60,000 nt of DNA, taken from the NCBI GenBank assembly GCA_013265495.1, contig MU057560.1:2852909-2912908 (forward strand), read 5' to 3'. Both the position numbers and the translations under genes were made by a program. The DNA comes from Vicugna vicugna (taxonomy: Eukaryota). The notes under the pieces are model-generated. The model had not been told where the DNA came from. It saw only the letters and a program-made list of their open reading frames with translations, and did no database searches. This document shows, in pieces, positions 24,839 to 37,435 of this stretch (positions are counted from its first letter, which is position 1; every line of letters starts with the position of its first letter).

Positions 24839-26169
24839 GAGACTTTAAAATTAGGCGGTTTCAAAGATACCTACGGCAGCAAAGCCTGTTCAATTTCGTC
24901 ACCACTTTATGTTTCTCTTCAAAGGAAGGTCTGACTTCAGGAAATATGTTCCACATTGATTTTAATGTTTGTGGTTCAAAGAGTGAGTTGCCGTGAGCCT
25001 GACCGTCCTCTGTGTCAGAGGCGGCCGGTCGCAGGACCTCGGAGGAGGAGACGCCAGCTGAGTGGGGGGGCTCCCTCTGCAGCCCCCACCTCCTCCTGAT
25101 CCACTGTCTGGAAAAAAACAAAAAACAAAAAAACAAAAGAAAACAAAGCCTTGGGTCTTCACGGCAGGACCGACTCGGCCAGGGTCGCCACTGGACAGTG
25201 AAGGTGGAGGCCCTCTGAGCTGGGTGCTGGGAACGCCTTCCACGCCCTGGGGGTCTGGAGCACCGCCCCCACTGGAGAGGGCTTTCTGCACCTGCCAGAA
25301 CTGATGACAGTGGGAAGACCGTGCACGTGGTTTTGCACGGAGTTCAGCGAGGTCCTGGCCTGCAGGCCTCTGGGGGTGGAATCCACAGGCCGGAGCCGGC
25401 AGCCCTGGTGAGACACCCTTTCTCTTAGCAGAAGCCGTGTGCACAGCGGAGACCCTAGCAGCCCCCAGGATGCTGGCGGCATGGTCCAGCCTGTCCTGGG
25501 GGCCATAGTTGGCGCCTCCTGCAGTGCCCCAGGCCCCACGCTTCCTCGCCAGGCCCCCCACTGCCCTTCTTTTCTGCCCAGCGGCGACCTGCACCTGTCT
25601 CCCCCACTCCCTCATGCAGGTTTGAAACCACCCCGCTCACTTTCTGTCCCACTCTCTGCTCGTTGCTTCCGCGTCCTCCCTCGTGAGACTCGAGGACGTA
25701 CTGCAGGGGTCAGGACACCTGACAGTGGACTGGTTTATCATCATCCCGGATTCCAGCTGGAGCGATCTTGGTCCTCCCTCGGGTCGCGGGGCAGGCTCAG
25801 GTGGCATCCCAGGAAATGTGGAAAAGAAAGATTAGAAGATGATGTTCCAACATAGTTACTGTTCATTGTCACATCCCACTTTGCCACAGGGGCAGCTGGA
25901 CAGTGTCTGGGGCCTGATCTGAAGGGCAGGGGCAGTTTGAAATGGGCCCTGGGAGGCTGAACCAGGGTGAGGGCCTCGCGGTTGGCATTGGCTGTGACCC
26001 TGGACCTCCTGCCTCATCCAGATGAACAGCCCTCAGAGAGGCTGTTGTCAGCGTTGAAGTTAGAGTCAGGAGGGGAGTGAGGGGTGGGACAAGAGCCCCT
26101 CCCAGGGACCCCCAGTGTAAACACTCGACCCCTCGGGCTGGCCGGGGGCAGAGCCTCGGGGAGGACAGA

Positions 26170-26572
26170 GGCACAAGGTTCGAGTGACAGCAGTGCAGAC
26201 CAGGCTTCACCGAGATCCCTGTCTCGGGGGCTGGAGGGTGGACTCAGCGCCCAGGTGTGGGTGGGGCTGCTTCCTTCAGAAGCCCCCCTGTCTGCCTCCC
26301 GTTCCCCGGGGTGTGCTGGCAACCTCAGTTCACAGGAGCATCACCCGCCCCTGAATAGTGGTCACAAGACACACTCCCTGCCAGCATTCTTGCATCCGAA
26401 GGTCCCCTTTGTGTAGAGACACAGTGACACCAGATTAGGCCCACCCTGTCTGTATGACCTCACCCTGTCTTCTTTATCTGCAAGGCTCCAGTTACAATAA
26501 GGTCACATTCTGAGGCCCCGGGGGCCAGGACTCTAACCTTCGACTTGTTGAGAGACAGTTCACCTGTCACCA
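26170..26572 (-). mobile_element. MaLR solo LTR (MLT1 family)
   Basis: gattaggcccaccct..tatgacctca..atctgcaagg..aataaggtcacattctgagg..gacagttcacc..cacca are antisense MLT1 LTR hallmarks. Confidence 0.75.
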
Positions 26573-28382
26573 TTAGGTCGTGAAACGGCGTTTACTGGTG
26601 GCCCCGCTTTCACAGCACAGGAGCCAGTCCCGGGCGGCTGTGGGGCTGCGTCCCTTCCAGGAGGTGGGGAAACCACGGGTTCGTAGGTCACCCCCGGGAG
26701 CCCTGGGCGTGCGTGACATTGGAGCGTGCTCCTGTCGGTCCGTGTTGTCAGCTCTCGACAGCAGCAGTGCTTGAAGATGGAATGTCCCAGTCACTCTGGT
26801 CACACGTGAGCGAACGACCTATCTTCTGTCACCTTTGCCCCATTTGACCATGTCAGCTTGCGGGCTGAAAAATGGTACTTTGGGATCTAGAAATCAGGAT
26901 GGATGTCACCCTAATGCATCAACACTTTGCATCTGGTTCTAACCCCGGAGAAGGTCTGATAGATTTCACAAGAGGCAGAGGGAAGATTGCAGAGTCTCCC
27001 AGACAAGCTTGAGCATCTTTGACCTGGTTGAACATGTGTTTCTCTTTATCTAAAATTATTTCAAATGAATGCTCTGGAACTTTGAGTCTGACAAAGAAAC
27101 TGCTTTTCCATTAAATAAAGGGCATTTAAATTTATATGAGAGGACATTAACCAACCAAGAGCTTACCCATGGTTTCAGACCACCTGGAGGTGGGTGTCGG
27201 GGCTCGGGGTGGGAGCCGGGGGGCAGGCCCCCCTCCTGTCTAGAGAGAAGGCTCCCAGCTCGTGGTCCGACGCGGGCAGACCCGCATGTTCTCGGGGGGC
27301 TGTGCTGTGACCCTGTTAACCAGCACTCTGAAGCTGTTCTGTCTAGTACCAGAGCTCTGTGCAGGGCTGGAACACCTGCAGGGTGTCTCCCTCGCAACAC
27401 CCAGCCCTGAGGCAGGAGCCCAGCTCCTGTCTGCGGAGGCTTAGAGAGTTTCTGGAAGTACGATTGTGTGGCCCTCTGCTCTCAGGATCTCAGGATATGG
27501 ACATCCTCAAACACACATGTCCAAGCCGTATTCCCAGTCCCCCGAGGTTCTGTCCGCAGGTCTCAGAGGAAGGGCCTGTTTCCCAGGAGGGAGTCCCATC
27601 TGCTGTCCCCCGACTCTGATGCCAGACGGAGCACCGACAACCAGGCACAAGGGGCCGGGTCCGAACTTAACTGGATCGTGTGACCCCCGCCTTGAACCCA
27701 AGGACCGCCCGCCATGCTCGGCACAGGACCCGCTCTGTCGGGAGGGCATCAGGGGCCCCTGAGGACCTGGCCTGCCTGCGTTGTCCCTCTGACCCCCGCC
27801 TCCTTCCCTTGCTGGCCTGGGCGCCCCTCGCCCCTCAGTCCTCAGCCAGCTGCCTCTTCCCTTGGGTTGGACCCCACACAGCCTTCCTTGGGGGAGCAGA
27901 GCCCCAACCTGGAAAGGGCCCCCCACCCCCCACTGCCCGAGAGCCCTGGCCGCTTCCCTCCAGGCACTCATCCCCTCCACCCCCGTTGTCCACCTTCACT
28001 CAGACCTTGTCCTGCACACGGGGTGCCTCCAGCACCAGGCGGGGCTCTCACAGGCTCCTGAAGCCGGTCGTCATCCAAGGCCAGCTGCTCCAGGCAGCAG
28101 TGGTCCTTGGACTGAGGCACATGCTCACAGACATGAGCTGGGAGGGCTCAGGAAACACCCCGGAGTGCGTGCTTCACCTCCGAGTTGGGGGCCCTCTGAG
28201 ACGCGGCAGGGAAAATGGAAGTTTCACCAGGAGAGGATGATGAGTGTAACCACGTCCAGAGCTAGAACAGGCACCAGGAACGTTTGCAAACAGGGCTGAA
28301 GACCAGGGAGAGCCTGGGGAGAAGCGTTTGCTGAGTGTACAACATGGAAAGCACAGATATCCAGAATACACGTAAACACGGC

Positions 28383-28510
28383 GGGGGAGGGCACAGCGCA
28401 GCGGTGCAGCATGTGCTTCGCACACACGAGGTCCTAGGTTCAGTCCCAGCACCTCCGTTACAATAAATAAGTAAATAACTAAACCTAATTATCTACCCCC
28501 CCAAAAAAAA
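28383..28510 (+). mobile_element. tRNA-derived SINE resembling the camelid Vic-1 family
   Basis: ggggagggcacagcgcagcggt (degenerate A box), gaggtcctaggttcagtcccagcacctcc (B box), then aataaataagtaaataactaaacctaattatctacccccc and an A tail. Confidence 0.85.
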
Positions 28511-29197
28511 CCCGAATAATAATTGTCTTAAAAACCAAGCCAAAAATAAACAAAAAGAATTATTTTAAAAATTTTTAATTAAAATATAATCCAGAAGGTA
28601 AAGGGTATAGTCAGCTAAATCACAGAAGACGAGAGAGACATGCATGGAGAGATGGACTCCAGTCATCTGTCAAACACAAGCCAAGCGGGGCAACACCAAG
28701 CGCTGCGAAGGTGGGGGGTGCGACACCAACTGATTGTGGATGGATTCAGCCACTTCAACGTGCAAGTTGCCGGTATCTGTTAAAATCTTAAATGTTGAGA
28801 AGTGCAGGTGCACGTGCCTGAGGAGGAGATGCAGTCAAGACCGTTTGTCAGAGCATCATTTAGCGAAGCACAGGAAACAAGCTGAACTCACGTGAAGACC
28901 TTTGTCAGGCTCGCAGGTTACGTGGAGCCGTGTTGTGGAGCAATTACCCCAGTTACGGGATTTGAGGGAGAGCTTATTGCACTCACGTGGAAATGTTTCC
29001 GACTCTAACCAAAACGAAAAGTTTGTAGAAGGTGTAAAACGTGATAGCATTTATGTTTAACAGTGAGTAATTCTGTGCATTTACATATGTGATAGGGCCA
29101 ATCCTATCTGGGTAAGTTGTGTGTTGTGTGCATGTGTTTAGATGAACCTGGACGTTCCAGCAGATACAAGCAAAGCTGATACATGTGTCTGTCTCAG

Positions 29198-29931
29198 CCG
29201 ATGGACTGGGAGAAAAATATTTGCAACAATGCGACTGACAAGGGCTTACCTTCCAGAATATACAAACAGCTCATACAGCTTAATAATAATAATAATTTTA
29301 AAAACCCAATCCAAAAATGGGCAGAAAACGTAAACAAGCAATTCTCCAATGAAGACGTACAGATGACCCATAAGCACATGAAAAAATGCTCAGTATTGCT
29401 AATTATCAGAGAAATGCAAATCAAAACTACAGTGAGGTAGGTATCACCTCACACCAGTCAGAATGACCATCATTAAAAAGTCCATGAATGATAAATGCTG
29501 GAGAGGGTGTGGAGAAAAGGGAACCCTCCTACACTGCTGGTGGGAATGCAGTCTGGTGCAGCCATTAAGGAGAACAGTATGGAAATTCTTCAAAAGACTA
29601 AAAATAGGCCCTGTGACCCAGCAATCCCACTCCTGGGCATATATCCAGAGGGAACTCTAATTTGAAAAGACACCTGCACCCCAGTGTTCACAGCAGCACT
29701 ATTTACAATAGCCAAGACATGGAAACAGCCTAAATGCCCACTGACAGATGACTGGATAAAGAAGCTGTGATATATTTATACAATGGAATACTACTCAGCC
29801 ATAAAAAAGAGCAAAATAATGCCACTTGCAGCAACATGGATGGACCTGGAGATGCTAAGTCAGAGGAGAAAGACAAATATCATATAATATCACTTATATG
29901 AGGAATTCTTTTAAAATGACAGATAAACATA
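29198..29931 (+). mobile_element. Relatively young L1: ORF2 C-terminus plus partial 3' UTR, truncated at both ends
   Basis: ORFs 29183-29440 ([26 protein letters not shown]) and 29463-29660 ([20 protein letters not shown], the ORF2p cysteine-rich domain), broken by frameshifts and stops. Confidence 0.95.
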
Positions 29932-30026
29932 TCTGTCTCAGTGGAAGGGCCTGAAATGGGAGGTCCGGTCTACAGGAACTGATGATGTCTGAACTCCTCC
30001 CACTGGTAACATATTCACATATCCCT

Positions 30027-30195
30027 TTAGAGCCATGGACTCGGGGTCAGAACCCCTGGGCTTGGACATCAAACCTGAGTGACCTTGGGCATGGGACCTG
30101 ACCTTGCCTAAGTCCCCAGAATCAGTTCCTTTGTGGGAGAAGTGGAGATAATAAAACTGACTTCCTACTGAAGGCAGAGTTGAATATTGGGCTAA
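30027..30195 (+). mobile_element. MIR SINE
   Basis: ttagagccatggactcggggtcagaa..ctgagtgaccttgggca..tcagttcctt..tggagataataaaactgac. Confidence 0.65.
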
Positions 30196-31189
30196 AGTAG
30201 GTTGATATTTCTAACCCAACTCAAAACCCATCCTCACCACCATCTGAGCAACACATCAGGGGCTCCTCCGGACACTCGTTCCCACACCCAGCACGTGCAG
30301 ACGTGCTGCGAGCAGCACCCACCCCAGGAGGTGTCCTCTCTCTGCAACTCAACTTCCAAAATGCAGAAAGCCTTGGGAACCCTTCCCAGCCGCCTGCAGG
30401 TGGGCTCATCTTCAGGCGAACAGTAGGTGACAGGAGGGTCCGTCTGCCCACGCTGTTGGCAGGGGTGCAGTCCAGGCTCCAGGGAGACTTTGCTCTGGCC
30501 TCCTTCCTACTTCTTGAGGGTTTGAAGGACAAATAATTAGGCATTAACTCTGCGCACATAACAAAAGGTGTGTGGCAGAAAAGTGTGGAGCAGGTACACT
30601 GTCTGCTAGACCTAATCTGAGCCGATGTGTCTAAGCTTTTCTTGTACCGAAAATTAAAACGACAGTTTTAAAACAACCTGGCCCTGGTCTGTCCGCCCCA
30701 GAGCCTCCCCAGGTGGAAGGGTGACTCCCCATCCAGCCCAGCGGTCCTTGTACGACTAGTGACTCATTTGGGTCTAATTTCCATCTCCTGCCCAAAGTAA
30801 GTCCTCATTAATGGGAAGTTAAACAGAACAAAACAAAAATCTCCAATATTGTCGTGAAAGACAGTCAGCCTAGCCAAAGACAGGTCTCCTTTTGTGCTCA
30901 GAATTTATTTATTAAAATGAATATAAGTTTATAAAACTTTATTAGCCAGAATATGCGTTTAATGTTTGAGGGGCTACCTGGCCACCCCACTAGCAGGTCG
31001 GGGATGCGTTGCCACAGTAGGGAGAGTTTGGAAGCTAAAAAGTGTTCCCAAATCCCCACCCCCGTCACAGGTATTATCAACATATGGACTCACGTCCTGC
31101 CAAAATCTGTTCATTTCCATTGCTTTTTGGACAAGAGCTTATCATAATTTTGCAACTTAATATTTATTTCCAAGTTACACCGTAAGCCC

Positions 31190-32185
31190 TTCGAACGTTG
31201 CTGCGAAGCCCCGTCATCACCCGCTTTGCGCCGGAGAAAGGCCTCCTGCGCGGGCGCCGTTACGTGCGGGGATTCGGCGCGTGGCCTCGTTCCACACGCC
31301 CACCATCGAACCGGCGGGAACGAGCCCCCATCGGGAGGGCGTCTGGGACTCAGCAGCCGGGCCACACAGAAGAGAGCGGGCCGATCAAGGCAGAACCCAG
31401 GCCCGCTTGACAAGCGCGGGCGGCCTCCCCACTCACCCGGGCTGTGGACACGCCGCGCCCCGAGGAGCCGGCCCCCGGCCGCTGCCCTCGCCCCGTCGCG
31501 GGTGACGCGGGCCGCACGGGCGTGGGGGGCGAGCCGGAGGAGGAGGGCCGTCCCTGGCGGGTGCTCGGGAGCCGGGGCCTCAGCTGTGCGGGAGGAGGCT
31601 GAGGGAGGCCCCCAAGGTGGCCGCCCTGGGGCCTGGGAGCCTCGGAGCCTCGGAGCAAGGCAGCCCCCAGCCCACCCTGCGACCCCCGCTCCGCTCCGGC
31701 TGCTGGGGCCGGGTCGGGGGCTCCGCTGTCGGACGCGGTGCTCAGCCGCTGTGCCGCGGCCGCCTCCGGACCGCAGTGCACGCGGCTGGGTGCTGGCTGG
31801 CGGCGCCCGGGCGGTGCGGGTCGGCTTCAGCCGCTGTGAGCGCGCGCGGCCGTCCCGCAGCCGAGCAGAGCTCCCCGGCAGCAAGCCCGCTCCGCCTGCG
31901 GGCCCCCGCCCTCCGGCCTCTGGGCGCCGAGCAGCCCTCCGTCCTGCGTGTCTCCGCCGGCACCAGAGGGGGCGGACGGGGCGGCGGAGACTCTAGGCTT
32001 CCCGCGGCCGGTACGGCCCGCCCCCGGCGCCTCTCGCGCGGAGGAGCAGCGCGGGGACCCGGCAGGAGTCCCCCCGCCCGGCCCCGCCGGCCGCGCCCCA
32101 CGTGCGCCGTGAGCGCGGGACGCGAAAGGAGAGCGCGAGCCCCGCTTTGGACGGACCAGGAGGCGGGGCCGCGGTGCACGGGGTA
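31190..32185. promoter_or_regulatory. Intronic CpG island
   Basis: About 1 kb of very high GC and CpG density with sharp edges against AT-richer flanks; GC boxes near 31970-31987 and 32159-32170; CACGTG at 32099-32104. Confidence 0.85.
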
Positions 32186-33199
32186 ACGTGCTTTCTGTCT
32201 GAAATGAGGGAAGACACGAATGGAACGGATTCATGTGAACAAATACGACAGGCTTTGATAAAAAGCAGCACAAGGCGTGTAGCAACGTGGAGGAGGGGCT
32301 GAGCCAGCCGGGGGGGCTGGGGTGCCCCTCAGCTTCTCCCAGAGGTGACGGGGACAGAGTCAGAGGGAGAGACATGGTCCCCCAGAGGGCTGTGTGCGGA
32401 CACACCTGGGGAAGAAGCCCGGGCAGTGCCACCTGGTGTGACAGTGCGGTGGGGACCATCGCCAGGTGGGCTCCGCAGGTGGGCCGGAGCCCCGACTGGA
32501 GACCTGAGGGATCCACCCGAGAGCCTCACCCTGGTTTGACGGAGGTGGGGCAACACTGAAGGCTTACCAGCGAGAGGAAGCTCTGGCCATCTGACCGGCG
32601 CTGATTTGAGTCGCATCTTAGTGTAGAGAGTGGACGGATTCGAGCTGGGAGCCCTTACGGGCATCAGGGAAGACGCCGTCAGGCCGGGTCGCGGTCACGT
32701 GTGTGGGCTAAGGCGACACGGGAGGAGTGGAACACGCTTGGACAGACATTTGAGAGCTGGACTTAAGTGACCCCTAATCATCTGGGTGGGGGACCAGGGG
32801 AAGTTGCAGGGAAGCGTGACTGACGGTGCCACGCGCGACATAGGGAACAGGGTCAATGGGTGTTTAGTAAGTTATTCTCCAACCTGGTGATTTTTTTTAA
32901 TGCTTTGTGTGGAAGATCTAGAAAAATCCAAAAGGCATCAGGAATGAAATGTGAGGCTGAGCTGATAGGTGTAAGCTAGGGTCATCGATGTGAGTGGTCC
33001 TGTCACGTGTATGGTAGTGTGAAAATCGGTCAAGCCTGAAACAGGGGTGAGGCACTCGAGAAGAAGGGGTTCACATTTTGGAGCCATGGTGCCTTTACTT
33101 TGGGGTGGCGTGGAGGCCTAGGTGGGTTCGCAGGGCTGGAGTCCAATATTATTCCTGAAAACCGTTCTTCTAGAGTGTCTGTGACTGCGAGTGCTCCCT

Positions 33200-33330
33200 C
33201 CCTCCCTCCTTCCTTCATTATCAACCAAATGCTGACCCAATGCCTGTTACGTGCCCCGTGGTCTGCGAGACGTTGGTGCCTCAGCTGTGAGACATGCTCT
33301 TTACCCTCTTGCTCAAAGGCACATAATCAC
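33200..33330 (-). mobile_element. L2 3'-end relic
   Basis: ccttccttcattatcaaccaaatgctgacccaatgcctgttacgtgcc. Confidence 0.55.
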
Positions 33331-34212
33331 CAAGGTCAACGCAGGTGTGTAACTGTGACAGAAACTGATCTGGGCCCACAAGATAAGATTCTTGAAATTG
33401 TAAACGATGATTGAAGAACTCAAAGATTAATTTCAGAAACCTTCCAAAAGCTGGAGAAGAAAGAAAAAGAATAATATGTATATGTGAAAGCTGTAGGGTC
33501 CACTTATCAGCAGGATAAATTTAGACAATTCAAGTCCATTTAGTAGATATTAAAAAAAAAACAGTAAAGAGAAGAAGAAGGGAGAAGTTATCAGAGAAGG
33601 GAGAAGAGCGTTCTCAGGGGACGGCGGGCTTCAGGGTGCGCGGCCGCCCTGGTCTAGCAGTAAGAATGAGGCCAGATTCCCGCACCGACACACAGCAGCC
33701 CCAGGGAGCCGGGAGGAGGAAGGTGCCGAGAGCCGTTTGGGGAGGACCTTGCTCCGAGGAGAGCAGAGCAGATTGGCCTCAGTGGTGGAGGCTCCAGAGG
33801 AAGCGTTGCCCCTCGTCTTGGCGAGACAGCTTACGCCTCAGAAGTGGCAGGAGAGGGTAAAGTGAGGTACGTTCCACCTGCAGGCTCGCGCAGGGACCTT
33901 TCCTTGCAGGTCCTCGTTCTGAAAAGACGCCTGGGCTGAGTCTACGAAGTGGAGAGGAAATCCAGCAGGGAGGCTGTTCCGGGACCCTGAGAGCAGACCG
34001 CCCTGCCCCGGCACCTCTTCCGCTCCAGAGGGAGGAGGGCAGCCAGGCCGGCGATCCCGCCGTGAGCCGCCAGCACCCAGCTGGTCTCTCTTCCTTTCAA
34101 GTTCTCAGACACTTTTGATGCACGTTCTTCAAAATCAAATGAAAAAAAAAAAATAGGTCTGAGACCTTGATTTCCTAAAATAAATATCCCAGAGAGAATT
34201 TCTGCCAGTGAC

Positions 34213-34380
34213 TTTTTTTTGATTGAAGTATAGTCGGTTTACAGTGTTGGGTCAATTTCTGCTTACAGCTTAGTGACTCGGGCACACATATACATACATA
34301 TATTATTTTTCATATTCTTTTTCATTATGGAGAATTATATTATTGTTCTATTACAAGGTATTGGATAGTTCCCTGTGCCA
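34213..34380 (-). mobile_element. Short cetartiodactyl-type L1 3' end
   Basis: tttttttgattgaagtatagtcggtttacagtgttg..tattacaaggtattggatagttccctgtgc. Confidence 0.85.
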
Positions 34381-36744
34381 CTGCATTTTAATGTTAAAAA
34401 AAGAACTGGGTTCCAACAAAGAGGAACTATGATAGGTCCTGAGTCCTGATGGCCCCTGGGCAGGACGCCTGACCACCCACACCGGTGTGGCCGCAGGGGC
34501 GAGTGGGACTCAGCCTGCCCCACCCTGCCTCAGGGACAGGACTTTAGGCTTTGTGCAGTGAATATTCTGCTCTGAGTCACAGGAGCCAAATTCTGATTAA
34601 ACAGGAGAACCCGCGGCTTCTGGGCGGGAGCTCGCTCTGTTGCACTGCGACCCCTGTTCTGCGTGCTCTCTGTGAAGGGCGTTGTCCTGCATGACTTTGT
34701 TGTCAACAAAACACAGAAGCCACAGACGAAAGTGCTCAGGTTTATGTGACAACTGGATCTCAGATCGTCCAAGTTAGTTAATGCTGAGGGTATGAGCTGA
34801 ATCATAGTTAACAGTTTGCTTGTCGCTTGTTATATATAACTTAATTGTTTAATTTTTAAATATTATGAGCTGTTTGTAAGTGTATTTCTGGATGATATTA
34901 CTAATACAGTTGAATATTTGCTGCTTGCAAAATGCTGCTTCTAGCTGTAGCTTCATGAAATAATTTATTTTAAAAAGGCCAACATCCCCATATGTCTCAG
35001 GATCAAATCTGAGCACGTTGCCAATGGAGCCACTTGTTTTAATTTGTATTTTAGTAGATTGCGTTGTATTTTCTCAATTATTGGGTTTTTGGTAAGTTTC
35101 ATGGTGACCATGGTATTTCTACTCCGCCCAAACAGTGTTCTATGATGTTTTTCTTTTGGTTCTTTCATCTGTTCTCTTTTTCTTTGCATCCTGAATAAAT
35201 TATTTTCTGCATATTTAAAGTTGCAACTGCGTTAATCCTAATTTCTCTCTATTCTTTCTGTTGTCCTTTCTTTGAGTTTATGCAGCAGTATCTTTTCTGT
35301 CCTGTTTTATACCAAGTCACGCAGCCCAGGCGAGGGCAGCAGGCGGTGAACCCTCAGTCACTAACGTCTGAGTTAATTCGGGGGCTCCTACTTAGGGAGC
35401 TGTACCATCATCATGTCATAGGCGAGAAACGGAACCTCGGAGTTGCAGGCAGGCGTGCTAATAAACGTCTATTCAGTGGTAATAACATACAAGCCACTGC
35501 CATTCAGTGAGCTTCTGTGCTTTGCTGGCTCCATTCTGAGTATGCTGTCTAACTTAGAGACGGACAGTCGCAGGAAATGAGCGCTCAGATGGGGAGGGGC
35601 CGAGTGGTGGTGTTCCTGTGGCCCACGTCCGTCTGAGCTCAGGTCTTCGGACCGTCACACACTTCCTGGCTGGTGGAGTCACTTGCATGGCACAGCCTGG
35701 TCTGTTCTAGACTCCCAGTTCCTCCCACACAGTCCGCAGGAACGCTGTCTTCTTTTTTCTAGTTCTCTCTTTTTGTCTTTTTCTGTTTTCTTTTCTCTGT
35801 CTTCCCATCAACAAAGCCGTATTAGCCAGCACCTAAGACACAGGCAGGTGGAACCGGCTGCTTTGGAGCCTCGCGGCCCAGAGGGTTGAGCTGTGAGGCA
35901 GGTGACCTGCTCACAGTGAAATTGGAGGGCCGTTACCACAGCCCAGGAGAAGGTCTTTTGTTTTAAATGGCAAAGTTGAAAAGAAAAAAGACAAATCTGG
36001 TCTAATTCCTTTCTGTTTCTGGGGATTTATGATTTTAAGTCTCTGTGGTCTGTGTGCTTGTGTGCCTGGCATGACACAGACGTGCAAACACTTAGCCCTT
36101 GTCCGGGGATGAAATCGTGCCTTGGGAAAAGTCAGTGTATGAGGGAAGGCTTTGCAGCTCAGCCCTGGGTGGACAGAGGTGGCCGGATGCCCGGGGCCCA
36201 GGGAACACGAAGGGATGGCTGACTTCCACAGAAAGCGGCCCTCATGAGTCCCGCGGCTTCTCATCTGACTCAGCTGTCCAGTTGTCTGCTGTTCACGTGA
36301 GCAGTCTGGTCATCCAAGAAGGCTGACGTTACGCTGGAGCGTGGTGCTGGCGTCTGTGCCGCGGGCTAGCTGAAACGCCAGCACTGCTCGTGGGCCCCGA
36401 GGCCTCATGGGCCCTGAGGCCTCATCTCTAAGCACTGCCAGGCTCTCCGTTCCCTTGACCTTCTGAGGTTTAAAGCAGCCCAGAGATGCTCCGTCCCAGC
36501 AAACCTCACAAGCCCGAGGCGCTGGATCCTTTCGAATGAGTGAACCCATTTGAATGAATATCTGTGGCGTGTGTGGAGGAAAGCGCCCCGTGCCTCCAGC
36601 TGCAGGCTCGTCCAGGACCCGGGACCCAGACTCCTGCCCCGGGTCCTCCTGGGCGGTGGCTGCACAGCCCAGCTGCACTGGGAGGCATCCTCGATTCACG
36701 AGCACGAGGGAGCAGCTCCAAGCATGCTCTCCTGCTGGCGGGCT

Positions 36745-36815
36745 GGTAGCTTTGAGCCCATAGTTCAGCCTCTCTGAGTGTCAGTTTCCTCATGTGAAAA
36801 GTTGGCAGATGACGA
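36745..36815 (+). mobile_element. MIR core fragment
   Basis: cagcctctctgagtgtcagtttcctcatgtgaaaagttgg. Confidence 0.55.
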
Positions 36816-37334
36816 AATGGGTAAGAAACTGGTGCTGTGTGCACTTTTCCTGCTCCGTCAGCTGCGAGACCAGCCTCGTCCTGCAGCCCCTGAGCTGCCT
36901 GTAGAAATCACACGAAGTGCGGATCCCGTGCGAACTCTGGAGTAACCCTGCCATGCTGCCGCGTAGGCTGCTTCCACCCCAGATCCAGGACGGACGGTCT
37001 AGGAAGGGTGCCTAGAGGGAGACCGGTCCCCCCGGCCCAGGAGTTCGAGGACCTTCCCGGGGGAGCAGAATGTCCCGCAGCCTGTGTAGCCTACTCTCCT
37101 GGCAGGGAGCCACACTTCCCAGATAGAGCTTGTCCTGGACGGGACCCAGGGAAGACCTTTCCTCTGGGCCAGGCAGCAGCCCCAGGTCCTGGAGAATAAC
37201 CTCATGGGGACCATTGTCCAAGGGTGGGACAGAGGACAGCCGGTCCCAGGGGAGCTGTGGGTGGTACTGATGCCGAGAGAGTCTCTGTTTACGCTGCTTC
37301 CTCATGTCAGAGTGAAACCAGTAGGCGCCTCTCA

Positions 37335-37435
37335 CTGCTGTTCTATTTTGCAGATGGAGAAATCGAGGCACAGAGAAGTTAAGTGACTTCGCTTGCAGTC
37401 CCAGGCTGGGGAGGACCAGGATTAGAAGGCAGAGA
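37335..37435 (-). mobile_element. MIR SINE
   Basis: ctattttgcagatggagaaatcgaggcacagagaagttaagtgactt. Confidence 0.75.

Noticed and set aside
28383..28460. tRNA gene
   Set aside because: Degenerate A/B boxes followed by a SINE-type AT-rich tail; no intact cloverleaf.
31111..32516. Overlapping 140-260 aa Arg/Pro/Gly/Ala-rich ORFs
   Set aside because: Expected from stop-codon scarcity in a CpG island; no recognisable domain, and mostly non-ATG starts.
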